This document shows, piece by piece, positions 1 through 12,044 of a DNA stretch of 64,000 nt. Position 1 is the stretch's first letter. Each line of letters starts with the position of its first letter. Below the pieces are notes generated by a model. That model was not told where the DNA came from. It saw only the letters and a program-made list of their open reading frames with translations, and did no database searches. The position numbers and the translations under genes were made by a program. The stretch comes from Phyllosticta citribraziliensis. Taxonomy: Eukaryota. The stretch is taken from assembly GCF_038025025.1 (NCBI RefSeq), contig NW_027117343.1, positions 124,001 through 188,000 of the forward strand, in the 5' to 3' direction.

Positions 1-2
1 CG

Positions 3-467
3 CACAACACGGACGGCGCCCAAGACGCCAGCTACGCCGACGCGGCCAAGCGGCCCCCCAGCCCGTTTGGCTCGCCCCTGGCCATCCGCGTCCCCAACGC
101 CAACAAGCAGCCGCGCAACAGCGCGGAGCGGCCGCCGTCGGAGGGCTCGCAGCGCGACTCGCGCGTGTCGCACAAGAGCACCACGTCGCGGCCCGAGGGG
201 TGGTGGAGCAGCGACGAGGTGGGCGGCACCGACAGCAGCCCGCCGCCGCCGCCGGCGGGCAAGAGCCCCGGCCGCGCCAGCATGAGCAGCGTGCTCAGCA
301 GCCGCGAGGGCGGCAGCAAGAGCGAGGCCAAGTTCGGCGAGAAGGGCATCACGCTCGGCATGGGGCGCGCGGTCGGCGGGCTCGTGGGCGGCGAGGCGTT
401 TGGCAGTACGGGGAGTCCTGGCCGAAATGACGGCACCATCAAGAAGAAAAGCGGCAAGAAGAAGTGA
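3..467 (+). CDS. 3' end of a gene truncated by the window edge; low-complexity Ser/Pro/Gly-rich C-terminus, product unknown
   Basis: Frame is open from position 3 (HNTDGAQDASYADAAKRPPSPFGSPLAIRVP...) to TGA at 465-467, with strong GC3 codon bias like the other genes here. Confidence 0.6.
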   Translation, partial: HNTDGAQDASYADAAKRPPSPFGSPLAIRVPNANKQPRNSAERPPSEGSQRDSRVSHKSTTSRPEGWWSSDEVGGTDSSPPPPPAGKSPGRASMSSVLSSREGGSKSEAKFGEKGITLGMGRAVGGLVGGEAFGSTGSPGRNDGTIKKKSGKKK

Positions 468-1906
468 GAACGGGAAGCGAGAGGACAGCTTTTTTGTCAG
501 GTTTATGAAGAGCAAGTTTGGCGGTAGTGGTGGTGTTGGTGGTGGTGGTGGCGGTAGTGTCCCTGGCAAGGATAGGGGTAGAAGCAAGGATGCGCGGCGT
601 GGTGTTGCAGATGCACATGCGGACGCAGATGCCAGTCGTGCTTCTTCGACGCAAACTGCTGCGTCTGGCAGCGCGTCTAGCTCCTAGTTTACCTACCTAC
701 CTTACCTACCTTCCTTCATATCTCCTTACCTTACCTCATCACTCCCCTTTTCCTCAGCTTCAGCGGCATCACATCAGTTCAGTTCAATGCAGTCCAATCC
801 AATCCAGGAGCGCCACCCACGTGTTAAACCCCTATCCTATAGCCGCCCACCGTAATGCAGCATAGCAGAGCACAGTGCTCAGGTACCTCACAGGGCACAC
901 GCGCATGCACGCGCACGCGCTCGAGGCATTCATGCGCGTGCGCGTGCGCATTGACTCTCACGAGTAGGCAGCAGCGGCGGCGGCGGCTTCACTGCCTCCG
1001 CACGCGCCGCTCTTCTGTACACATATAAAGGCTCAGAGTCCGCCGTCTAGAAGAGGGCAAGCGGGCTCAGTGAGTGAATGAGAATTGAGGAGAGGGGAGA
1101 GGCGCGACCGCAATTCAAGTGGTCGGCCGAGTGTTGACTTGTTTTGTTTGTTTGGTTGGTTGGTTGGTTGGTTGCGCTCGCTGGGTTGATGAGGGAGTGA
1201 GTGAGTGCTGGATTGTACCTAGGTTATGAGGAAGGTGGGTAGCAGTGTTGTTGTTTAATGGTGGGGTTCATGTTAATGTTGTGTGGTGGGCGTTGACGTT
1301 GTAGTATTATAGCGCGTGAAGAGTTTTTGTGTTTTTGATGTGGAGAAGGGAGGGAACGAGGGAGGCAGACGAATTGAATGTAGCTCGAGGGAGAAGAGGA
1401 AAGGGAACGTGTAGATGTTTTGATAGGCGTCTTCTAGAGGCGACTATTACAGCTTCTACAAGACTTTTTGCCGCCGGTGATGTGCGTACGGTAGCTACAT
1501 ACGCCACACTTCTACTTCCAGCTGCGTCGCTTACGCGCCGCTACCGTGGTGCAGTCTGTAGGACCAAAAGGAGGGGAGTTGTGCCAATGCTTTGCTTACT
1601 GCCCGCCCCGCCCGCTGCAAACCCCTCAAAGCTTCAAAGTTTTTGTACGTGCGCGGTTCGTCTGGTTCATACGAGGCGCGCGCCTACATCTCGTCCCCAT
1701 GTCCATCGCCTCTGCGCTTTTTGCCGAATAGAATGCCTCAACGCCGTTCCAATGCCGTTCTTATGTGTAAAATGTGATCAGCCGCGGAGTTCTGAATCTC
1801 CGCGGAGTCGTCGCTTTGTACAATTCTCTGCTTTCGGCAGACGCGGTGGCAGGCGGACTACCATCTGTGCCGTGCCGGCTTGCTCTGCTCCGCTCGGCTG
1901 GCCAGC

Positions 1907-2477
1907 TCACCATGGCCACCATGAACTCTTCTTTTCGCTCGGCTGTGGCGCTGGCGGCGCCTGTGGTTGCGCTTCCGGGCTTTGCTGCGTGTCCTGAGGG
2001 AACGACGGCGAGGGATTCGCAGGCGCAGGCACAGCAGTAACGGTAGGCTCGACATCCTGATAGCGCTCACTGCCAGCCTGAGTATCGTCACGACCGCCGG
2101 CCGACGCCCTCACGACATCCGACAGCGGGCGTCCGGCGTACAGCTGGCCGCGGTTCTCGTTTGTGTCGACCGAGTCCTCGACGCCGGCGTCCTTGGCCAG
2201 GGCGACGGGCATGTTGCCGCGGAAGCGCTTGCGCATGTCGACCATGCCGCGCTTGCACTCGCCGTAGCCCTTCTTCAGCTGCTGGCAGCGCGTCGGCAGC
2301 GTGTCGATGAGCGGTGGGCGCAGGCAGTCGGCGGCGCTGTTGCGCTGCACCATTACGCAGTCGGAGTTTTGGAGGCAGTCGGCCAGCGCGGCGCCTGTTG
2401 TCCTGTTAGATTTCCGGGCGGCGGCGGGTCATTGGTGGACAGAAGGGCGTACGCAGGTCTTTACATGAGGACGGCAT
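1907..2477 (-). CDS. PET191: Cytochrome c oxidase assembly factor Pet191/COA5 (twin CX9C protein), 2 exons
   Basis: Spliced translation MPSSCKDL/RAALADCLQNSDCVMVQRNSAADCLRPPLIDTLPTRCQQLKKGYGECKRGMVDMRKRFRGN matches the Pet191 N-terminal signature. Intron 2395-2452 (GTACGC...CTAAC...CAG). Confidence 0.93.
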
Positions 2478-2973
2478 GGTGGAGTGATGTTGGATGGCGG
2501 CGGGAGTGGTGAGAGTTTGGAACGGACTGGAAGACGTCCGGTAGGGTTGAGTCGACGAACCCTTGCGGGCGATCTTTTGCAACGGCACTTCAACGGCCGA
2601 TGGCGTCACGTCCAGTCAGTCCACCACGCAGGTTCCCGCGCAGGCAACTGAATCCTCCGCTGACCATCTCCATCACTCCGCATCGTCAACGCCTTGGAAA
2701 TCCGGGGTGCTGATTCGTCGCCTGCCACGCTCTTGCTCCTCGTCCAAAATGGCCTCCGTTGTTTCATGATGCCGTCGACGCCAGACCACGCCTCGAATCT
2801 GGTCCTGCTGCGCCATTTCAGCTCGTCCCGTCGTTGATGGGGCCAAGACCAACTCCTCACCGCGTCTCTACTTCCCTCGAACCCTCGAACTCGAGTCCGG
2901 CGCCCACGAGCCAGCGAATACAGGCGCTTCCTCTTCCGAATCCAACCCTATTCTTAGTACCCAACCCATCGCC

Positions 2974-4260
2974 ATGTCGCGAGCCACGTCCCCGCGCCCA
3001 GCCTCGCCGCCAGATTCCGAGTCGACGACCGCTGGTCCCTCGCCGCCGGACCAGCCCCAAGAAGTCGACGCGACGACACTGCTAGATATCAACCGCGGAA
3101 ATAGGCCTAGCAGAGCATCCCTGGTGTCTGCCTTTGTGGTGCCCGTTCTGGTCATTGGTCAGGCGGCATGGGCAACCTACGTTGTGTGCTACCAGCTGGC
3201 GCATCAGCGGCTGATGAAGCGCGACAAGCAAATGGGAGCCGGATACGCCGTCATCGTCTTGCAGGCCTTGTTCATTTTCATGGCCGGCGTGACATACATG
3301 CGGCTGATTCAAGTCATCTACACGGATCCAGGACTCCTGCCGCTAGGCATGTCCAGAGCAAAACCGGAGGACGGGGGCAACGACGACATGAAGGCAGTCA
3401 TGAAGAGGTGGAGCGAGAAGAGATCCATCATTCAGCACACTACACCCGAAGATGCGCGCACCCGGGAGGAGCTGTTCAAGGAGCTTGCGGCGCACAACCA
3501 GCGGCAAGCCGAGTTGCGGATGGAAGCGCTCAAGTCCTTTCGCCCCAAAGACATGTTCATCGTTGCCCCCGACGGTCTGCCGCGCTGGTGCAAGACGTGT
3601 GAGACTTTCAAGCCGGATCGAACGCACCACTGCTCGGACCTGGGCCGCTGCGTGCGGCGGATGGACCACTTTTGCCCGTGGGTCGGCGGCATTGTGTCCG
3701 AGACGACAACCAAGTTCTTCGTACAGTTCCTATTTTACGCCATGCTACTCTGTATCTTCATGCTCGCCACGACCATTACGCTGTTCAAGCGCGACAACGA
3801 CCGCTACGGCCAGCGCAACCCACAACTGATCGCCCTACTGGTCCTGAGCGGCGTCTATACGCTCTTCACCGTCGGCATGTTCCAAAACTCCATGTGGATG
3901 CTTGCCAAGAACTTCACCACCATCGAGCAGCGCCAGTTCGGCATGCCGCTCCACTTGGCTGTGCGCATCTCGCCCGACTGGTACGCGGGCAACGTCGACC
4001 ACCTGTCCTGCTATATGGTCGTCAGCTTCGCCTCTGCCCCCGGCGAGAAGTGGGCCATCTTCCAGACCGATCCGCGCGCCAAGCTGTGGGATCTTGGTGG
4101 CGCCTATGCCAATGTGTGTCAGGTGCTGGGGAAGCGCGTCTGGGAGTGGGTTTTGCCCGTCACGTACAGCCCGTGCGCGAAGCCCGCGGACGACGTCTCG
4201 GAGTACCCATTTGGTCCTGCGGCGTTGGCTGTGACGCAAAATGTGCAGGCACCAAAGTAG
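2974..4260 (+). CDS. PFA5: DHHC palmitoyltransferase (Pfa5-like)
   Basis: Cys-rich domain WCKTCETFKPDRTHHCSDLGRCVRRMDHFCPWVGG (DHFC variant), four hydrophobic TM segments, TTIE motif, C-terminal WDLG...N...VLG. Divergent from PET191. Confidence 0.85.
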   Translation: MSRATSPRPASPPDSESTTAGPSPPDQPQEVDATTLLDINRGNRPSRASLVSAFVVPVLVIGQAAWATYVVCYQLAHQRLMKRDKQMGAGYAVIVLQALFIFMAGVTYMRLIQVIYTDPGLLPLGMSRAKPEDGGNDDMKAVMKRWSEKRSIIQHTTPEDARTREELFKELAAHNQRQAELRMEALKSFRPKDMFIVAPDGLPRWCKTCETFKPDRTHHCSDLGRCVRRMDHFCPWVGGIVSETTTKFFVQFLFYAMLLCIFMLATTITLFKRDNDRYGQRNPQLIALLVLSGVYTLFTVGMFQNSMWMLAKNFTTIEQRQFGMPLHLAVRISPDWYAGNVDHLSCYMVVSFASAPGEKWAIFQTDPRAKLWDLGGAYANVCQVLGKRVWEWVLPVTYSPCAKPADDVSEYPFGPAALAVTQNVQAPK

Positions 4261-5065
4261 GCATCGAAAGAAACGAAGGCTCCTAGCCTTGCGGCTACAG
4301 GATGGGAGCATGCGTTCACTACCTCAGATGAAGCTAGCGAGCATTCGTCCACTGCCACCGCTGCGCCTAGGGAGCTGCCGTTCCCTGCAGCAGCTAGACC
4401 CAGGAGTATCGTCTCTTGCAGCACCCCTGGTGTTAAATGTCTAGCAAATGACATCCTCATATCTGCACCTGCTGGCTCTCTGGAATTTCCTCATCCCTTT
4501 TCACCTGCATTTCTGGCTTCCCGCTAGCGACGCAGCCTCTGTTATTTAGCCCGGCGTTTGGCTTCCTCGTTTTGGGACACGTACTCCGATCTCTTTTCCG
4601 CGCTCTGTGATACCCCAGCACTTTTGACTGTGGCAGCAGCCTTTGGGCAAGCAAGGATAGCAATGACAGCAACTTGATCATCTCTCCGTGTTCGCGTTTC
4701 TCTTGAAAGACATGGGATGGGGTGGGATGAGATGGGAATCCGTTCTCTGCATTTCCTCATCCGACGGGCCTTCTGTCACGAGAAGATCAACCCTACCTAG
4801 TTGCATCCGCGTCGGAGCAGCTCAAGATCTAGCTACCCGCCGTGCTGCTCACAGGATCGTCCCTGGAGCGAATGAGGAAAGTGCCCATATCTTGCTTCGG
4901 CGTTGAATGCGTGTGCAGCCGTCGATTGATCCGCAGGCATGAGATGAAGAGCTACCTTTTCTTCCTCACAACTCAAACTGACGACGCAAGTCTATGTAAT
5001 TACTCCACCCCAACCCTTATTTCTCGCTGACTGCCTGATGCGGCGCAACTTTCCTCCAACTACAT

Positions 5066-5266
5066 CTTCATCTTTACCGCTCCACTCACACTGACCTTGG
5101 ACGTCGGGCGCCCTCTTCAATCTCACTTGCGGCTGAACGCGCGGTCGACTTGGACAGAGCTATTACTTCTTTACCACACCACCCACACTGACCTTTGACG
5201 TCGGGCTTGCTCCTCAGTCTCACTTGCGGCTGCACCCGCGGTCGACCTGGACAGATCTACCACTTC
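5066..5266. repeat. Imperfect tandem duplication, period ~97 bp, two copies
   Basis: cacactgaccttggacgtcgggcgccctcttcaatctcacttgcggctgaacgcgcggtcgacttggacagagcta (from 5087) vs cacactgacctttgacgtcgggcttgctcctcagtctcacttgcggctgcacccgcggtcgacctggacagatcta (from 5184). Confidence 0.9.
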
Positions 5267-5378
5267 CATCTCACCCATTCAATCTCTCCATCACTGAACC
5301 TTCTTCGATATCTCTTCTGCTTCATTCTCACCTTAGGACTACGACTCGGAGTTGCTGCTTGGTTGGATATGAGGATCG

Positions 5379-6818
5379 ATGTCGTCGTCATGGGGTCGGC
5401 TCTGGTCTCACCGCTATGACAAGAGACCTACAGACTTCACTTCGACGTATGCTACAAGAGAAGAGACTGATGGAGCCCGACTGAGCGAACACTGTGATAT
5501 CCAAGGGTCTGGACAGTCACTGGCCTCACCTGGGCCTACACAGTACCATGCGCCATCTGCTCATCAGAGTCAAGGTCAATCGGCCTGCCAGGATCCGGCT
5601 GGATCTTCTGATCCCAACCACGCCCCGCTGCTCCATCGACACTCGGTCCCATCAACCAATGACCACTGGTTGGAGCAGCTTCTGGGCCAGTGGGAAGATG
5701 AATCGGAGGAAGATGACTGTCGTTTTCCCACCTCGGGAACGGGCCCAACAAAGCATGGAAATGCGTTCGAAAAGCTCATGCAATCCTCCAGGACAGCGGA
5801 GAAAAGCCTCGACGCAGAATCTTGTCCTGGCCTAGATACCCACGAGAAACCGGCCGATGAATCAAGCGATCCGTTCGCGACTCAACAACCAAAGAAGAGT
5901 GAATCGGTGCCCGTCGAAGTGAGAAAATCGAGTTTGCTCAACATGTCCGCGGATACTAGGGAGCATCTCAACAAGAATTTCGAGAAGAGACGTCTTCCGT
6001 TATTAGAAGGCAAGTGCGATTCGACTCGTTGCTGGCTGCATCCTGCCCCGAATCCCAAAGGCAGAGTGCATGTCTCGCTGTGCTGGAGGGATATTGAGGC
6101 ATTCGGAACAGCGGAGCCCCAGTCCATGTCTTTCGAGTACGGCGCGGTCTTCAAACTTCTCGCTGGCACCATGACGCCTTCAGAGCGTGAAGGCTGGGTC
6201 AACGACGCCTACCACCTCTCGCACCTGTGCGGCAATGCGACTTGCTGCAATCCGGCCCACCACGTCATCGAGTCAGCGACAGCGAATGGCACCCGCAAAG
6301 CCTGCCACAATCGCAGACGCGGTGGTCCAAATGCCTACTACCTTGTCTGCAAGCATGACCCGCCGTGTCTCTTTCGCACCACGGATGGAGCTGTCTATGT
6401 TCCCAAGACGGTCAAGGGTGAGGTGCAGGATACAAAGCCACTTCGCCAGGCTACTCTTTCCTTTGGCGTTACGAAGAGCGAGAAGGTTGCGAACCCAAGC
6501 AAGGCGCTGATGTCGCTTGATTCTCCGCTTGAGGATGTCGCCAAAGACGTGCAAGACACTGCATCGTCGGAATACAGATTGGATGAGCTAAAGAGGCGCC
6601 CAAAGACCAAGACGGAGCCAAGCCTCCAGTCTCGCGACCTCTTCCAGCTGAAGAGGGAAATCGAATCGATGAATACAGTCGAGTTACTCAGACTCCAACG
6701 CCAGCTCAGACAGGAAAGTAGGGAGATGACCAGCTTTTACAGAAATTGCATTACCGGATGGATCAAAGAACGAGACCAAAAACTGACCATTTTGAGACGA
6801 GCTTTTGGAGATGGCTGA
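5379..6818 (+). CDS. Protein with His-Cys-box / His-Me finger endonuclease zinc-binding domain (I-PpoI-like), intronless, 479 aa
   Basis: Motif YHLSHLCGNATCCNPAHHVIESATANGTRKACH...CKHDPPC resembles the SHLC-x-N-x2-C-x-NP-x-H...E...N...R...C signature of His-Cys box homing endonucleases. Upstream C-x4-CW motif; disordered N-terminus; coiled-coil-like C-terminus. Confidence 0.8.
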   Translation: MSSSWGRLWSHRYDKRPTDFTSTYATREETDGARLSEHCDIQGSGQSLASPGPTQYHAPSAHQSQGQSACQDPAGSSDPNHAPLLHRHSVPSTNDHWLEQLLGQWEDESEEDDCRFPTSGTGPTKHGNAFEKLMQSSRTAEKSLDAESCPGLDTHEKPADESSDPFATQQPKKSESVPVEVRKSSLLNMSADTREHLNKNFEKRRLPLLEGKCDSTRCWLHPAPNPKGRVHVSLCWRDIEAFGTAEPQSMSFEYGAVFKLLAGTMTPSEREGWVNDAYHLSHLCGNATCCNPAHHVIESATANGTRKACHNRRRGGPNAYYLVCKHDPPCLFRTTDGAVYVPKTVKGEVQDTKPLRQATLSFGVTKSEKVANPSKALMSLDSPLEDVAKDVQDTASSEYRLDELKRRPKTKTEPSLQSRDLFQLKREIESMNTVELLRLQRQLRQESREMTSFYRNCITGWIKERDQKLTILRRAFGDG

Positions 6819-8664
6819 GGAGAGGAATCTGAGACTGCTCTGGTTCCAGTCTCTGTATATTTTCACGACTTTTTTGCGCTTGGGTGCTCATTGGCGATTG
6901 ATTTTCAGCACCAGATTCTACGGGGTACCTGGGGTTTATTTGTTTGTACCCCCACCAGTCCGCAAAGACTACTCACTGACAAATCCTACAGCCAAATCCA
7001 GCCTTTTCAATCTTCGAGTCAGCTCCCCGACACTAAGAACACTCAGCAATTACCACAGGCTTGCTTTCAGAATATCCAGAACCTGCATAGATAGAAGTCG
7101 GGGGCAACCTGCAAATTGCCATCTTTCCCATCTCCCCGTGACGTCATGCAACTGTAATTAACGGGAGGAACGGAGGCATCCCAAAGTGGCAAGATTCCAG
7201 ACCCTTGCCGCTTTCAGCCTGACGCCATGTCACCGTCAACAACGCGTCTTCCTCGTCGAGCCAACCCGCAAACGCGTCGAAGCATCGACCAGCTCCACCA
7301 AACGCCAAAGACCTGTTGAATTGTGACATTTCTGCCGCAGTCGGGATTGGTCGTCCTTAGGATGCGGTGCTGCTCTGCAGGGCACATTTCGCGGTGATTG
7401 CGGGCCTTCCAAACGACCTCTCAAGCGTCAGAATTTGCGGAGAAATCTCAGGGTATGGTAATCAGACGTTTTTAGCTTTGGTTTGGGGGGTTTACGAGGC
7501 CAGTAGGCTATAATGAAGTCAGATTGACCACCCTGTCTACAAACTGGCCGCAAGATGAGAATACGTAGGAGCCAGACGCAAATCTGCAACCATCAAGAAA
7601 ATTGCTGACATGTTCAGATGAGACTGTTTCTTCAGGAGAGCGGCGGCTCCATCCGTTTGTCCAAGGGCTCAAAGACCTCGAGTCCCAGAGACTTTGCGCA
7701 GGCAGATTGTGGCGCTGGATGGCAAACAAGCTTGATTGTTCGACAGACCAAACACTCAAGGCCTGGATGGTAGACTTGCTGCAGCCAGGGCAAAGCGCAA
7801 AATCGTTTGATGAAGGACGCAATCGACAGTCACGGTAGCCGGTAGATGGTGGTTGCGCATATGCAGCATGCCGCTGCTGTGCACGCGCGGGTACCCGTTT
7901 TGAATTTTGACGTATGTTCTCTCGCCGTCGTCTCCTCCACAAGACGTGAAGTCGAGCTTCAAGGCAGAGGCAAAGACGCTAGTGCCAGCGCCCGTCGGTC
8001 ACCTACCTTACGCACTCGCCTTTGGCTGCGTCGTCGCCGTTGTTGGAGGCAGGCGCGCCCCTCCAGGCCACTGCCCTCAGCCTGTCTCGCTCCGGCCCAC
8101 AACCACAACCACAACCACAACCACAACGTCCACCACCTGCACGCAGCCTTTTTGCCGCGCCTCTCCACGTCCTCGTCCTTCGTTTGTACCGCTGCCCTCT
8201 CTTTCTCAATCAACGCGTTTGTTTTGTCCCGCGCCTCGGTCAAACTGGCGTCGTCGCAAGGAGAGGCCCCCCAAGGTCGTCGCCGACGTGAGTGGACTTT
8301 TGCGAGCGACCTGCACCTCACGACCTTTGCCCGTCATCCTCCACTGGAGTCGTTGCATTCTACTGACGCGATTGACCTCGCAGCGCGTGGCGGCCGCAAT
8401 CGTCGCCGCCAACATCAGACGCCATACTCCCACATTCAGGTCGTTCGCAACCACGACGGACCCTCCTCGCGCGTCGACCCAGAAAGCCTATTCAGGTACA
8501 TCCCCTCTGACAACGAAGTCACCAGTCTTCGCAACACTCGCCCTTTTGATAGCTCTACAAGCTCCACCGTCGCGTCCGGCCAGACCTTTGCGGACATTGC
8601 TCGCTCCGGAGCTGCGCGTGCCCCAAAGAGCGACCACACTAGCCAGCGGTCGTCGAGCGGATTG

Positions 8665-10874
8665 ATGAAGATGCGACCAAAGCAGAAGAGTTGGAAGCCG
8701 CTCGATTTGAGCGCGGTCGACAGTGAGTACACCCCGCGCCATGGCTCCTCGACGAGCACTGACCGCGGTGAGTAGTCTATGCAGAGCGTTCGCCTCTTGC
8801 CGGAATGAGCGATGCCTCGACCCCCTTTGAAACCGATGCTCTTGGAAACAGCTTTGTGCCGGACTCTACAATCTCAAGAGCTTCTTCTGGTAGCTTTGGC
8901 GGGCGTGACACATCTCTGCCGCCCATGACGCACCCAGAGCCTCATGTCCAAACAATGGCCTATGCGGAAAACCTGAATACCATCTCGCAACATAACCAAG
9001 ACTTGGACGAGATTCTTCAGACTTTTGGACAACGTCTGCCCGACCCTGTATGGCTCAGAGCCAATGAGGGCAAGTCCTCCGGTCAGGTCAAATTTATTCA
9101 ACACCCCAGTCGCGATGTCACTGCGCACCGTTGGTCTGCTCAAAACTTTGAGTGGCAGGAGATTGGAAGATACTCCTGTAATCGCAAGTTTATGGACGGC
9201 AACGTCACTTCGCCCTTGTTCTTGCAGCACGTCGAGGCGGATCCCTCGCGCACCCAATCTCTGAAATACTTTGCAAAGCTTGCCAACGATTATTCTGGCT
9301 ACATCCAGTCACGCCCGCCCAGTCTTGACTCTACACCCTTGAATTACGCGTCTCGTCCGAGCCTCAACTTGAATCCTTCGCTTCACGACCCAGCTCGGTA
9401 CGACTCCCTGTCTTCCATTGCAAGCTCGCACGCCATGGAGTTGCCTTCTTTGGCCAACCTCTCGCTGGCTGATCGTCCCGCCGTTCTCCAGTCATCGCGA
9501 CCCACCCAAAGAAATTCCATGAGCATGCACTTGCAGGGCCTTGGAGCGGCCGAGGACGACCCATTCACTGAATCCATCTCACCAAGGAACACCCGTGCCT
9601 TTGTTCCAAGTTCCGATGCTCTGCGTAGGTCAACTATCATGCAAGATGCCAACATGATGGATTTCGCCTTTCGCTTTCCCCCTCCTGGAATGTTGAATCA
9701 ACAGCGGGACGATTCGATTTACGACGCTTCCGATCGGGACGACTCAAGTGTTATCAGCAGTGACCGCCGCGCCTTTTTTGCCGAACAGGAGCGCAAGCGC
9801 ACCCAACAGATGAGACAGAGTGTCTTGAACCCTGGTACGCACAGCCACCTCAACGAGGAGCTCTTCCACAGCATGCAGGCTCAGCAAAGAGATCATGACC
9901 ACACAATTACAACAATGTACCACCGAGAAATTCCAGCCCAGGAGCCTGTCACGGCCATTTTCGCGCCCGAAGAGTACCAGCCAACAATGATTTTGCAGAG
10001 GGGCGGTACTACATATAGCTCCCAAACAGACGAGAGCCGAGCACGCATGCGAGAGTACCTTAACAGGACCGCCAACGAACTTCCATCTCACAACACCACT
10101 CACTTGGCTCCAATGGTTTCTGTGCGATCAGATTCTACCGAGGCCGCATCTCGTCCTCTCGAGGACTCATCGGGCCAGTGGCTGATGCCACCGACCAGGC
10201 CCACTTCATCCATTTCGCAGGCATCTCGTGGTGTCCTGCAATCCAGCGATCCCGAATCCGACCAAGCGCAGTCTACAGCTCTCGTCTTCAATGCAATCAA
10301 CAGCGAAACGACTCCTCAGAACTTCGATGGCCCCTTTTTCGAGAATGAGGAACCCTCTTCAGACAACCCAAACGTGAATCGCACCACGCTCAAGGCTCCC
10401 GAAGAAGAATTTGAAGAATGGTGGACGTCTGGTTCGACATACCAGCGCCAGAAAGACTACCTTGAGTCTCTGAATGCAGCTGGCGCCGGTCAAGGTTCGT
10501 CGGCCGTCACCAATCAGCTCATGGTCTCGCTTTACGAAAGGCTTCGTCCCTACATTCGGGATGCCGGAGCAAAGCCCAAGCCTGAAGACTGCTTTGCGCC
10601 CTTTGGCAAGCCTCCGGACTGGTGCATCGACCGCGGCCGCAGCGGCAAGGAGAGCTTCTTCGGTGAAGACTACGGCGAGGTTCCGAAGCGCATCGGCCGC
10701 GACCCGCGATTCAAGCCCACCTTTGGCCAGTTCCCGACGTCGTACAGCGCCGACCTTGGTCCGATGAACTGGGCTGGAGCTGATGAGGAGAGCTTTAGCT
10801 TTAATGCTAATCCTGGGGGTGCTGCGGTCCTGGGGGCTCGCGTTGGGCAGGCTGGACATCGGACCCGCTATTAG
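8665..10874 (+). CDS. Conserved fungal hypothetical protein, Ser/Pro-rich, at least 2 exons; true start may lie further upstream
   Basis: Intron 8723-8784 (GTGAGT...CTGAC...CAG, phase 1) joins the 7846-frame exon (MKMRPKQKSWKPLDL) in frame to ORF 8805-10874. C-terminal motif PPDWCIDRGRSGKESFFGEDYGEVPKRIGRDPRF looks like a conserved domain. Confidence 0.7.
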
Positions 10875-12044
10875 GTCTCTTGGGTCGGAGAGTCAGATTC
10901 CTGTGGATGGGTTTATTTGGCTTCTCTCTAGCTTACGGGAAGATTACTGCTCATCGCATCTCAGCAGAGTCTACGGGCGAGCATCGGACTTGCTCAGGGT
11001 ACCGCATGGCGTTGACGGCACACCATCACAGACCGTCCTCATCCACCTTACCGCCCGCTTTCCTACCACACGTCCAACCCTCGCTTTCTTATCGGCCGCA
11101 CTCACTTGCTTCAAAAAAGACTCAACACGGACAAAAAACAGCCACTCCCTCACCCGATTCGATCGATGCTGTCTCGTCTCCTCCCCCCGCGACTGCTTAC
11201 TTTCCGTCCTGTGTATAGTATCGCTCGCGCACGCATGCTTTGCTTCATTGCTTGCTCTCTGCAGAGTATCTCTTCTTTTTTCTTTTGGACTGGATGGAGT
11301 GGGTTGAGGGATGGTCTACCACGACCTTTCCCTTCTTTTCGTTTCTTCTTTTTTTCGTTTCATTTGAGTGCCGTTGCTTCGCTTTGCTGAGTTGCGATGG
11401 GCTGGGCTGGGCTGCGCTGCGCTGCGCTACGCGCGTTGTGGTGTGTTGAGTTGCTTGAGGTGAGATGGGATGAGACTGAGGAGCGAAAGTGAGGTCACGT
11501 ACTCTACTTCTCCTTCTCTAGCCGAACAGTCTCCTTTCTCGGACAGACAGACGGACGGATGGACAGTAATCAGACGAAGCGATTGAATTCCACATTGCCC
11601 TTTTTTGCTTTGATCTACGCTGATGCAAGTCTCTCTGGCTGTGGTAGATGGGGTCATGCTGTTGGAGAAGATTACTGCGGTGGAAAGGCAATAGCAGCAT
11701 TGACCGTACACAACATTCACATTTCACCAATGTCGATTGCGAATCGTAGTCAGATCGAGTGAATTGGAACTGCAGCAGCAGCAGCAAAACTAAGCTGAGA
11801 CTAAACCAGGACTAGACTAAATAAGCCTATTCTATATCAGGTCGATAACGAATGTAAGAAGACGAGAAAACAGCTGCTTTAAACAGTAAAGACGGCGCTT
11901 TTAACGAGCGAACAGGGGTCGGTGCAATCAGTGCAGTGCAGTACGCGCGGAAAAAGAAGGGAAAGACAAACAGAAAGTAGACGAGATGGGTGAGGAGGGT
12001 AAGGAATGTATGTCAAGAGTGCGGATCAACCGACTCAAAGACTT

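Noticed and set aside
5066..5266. CRISPR-like array next to a nuclease
   Set aside because: Only two contiguous diverged copies without unique spacers; eukaryotic context.
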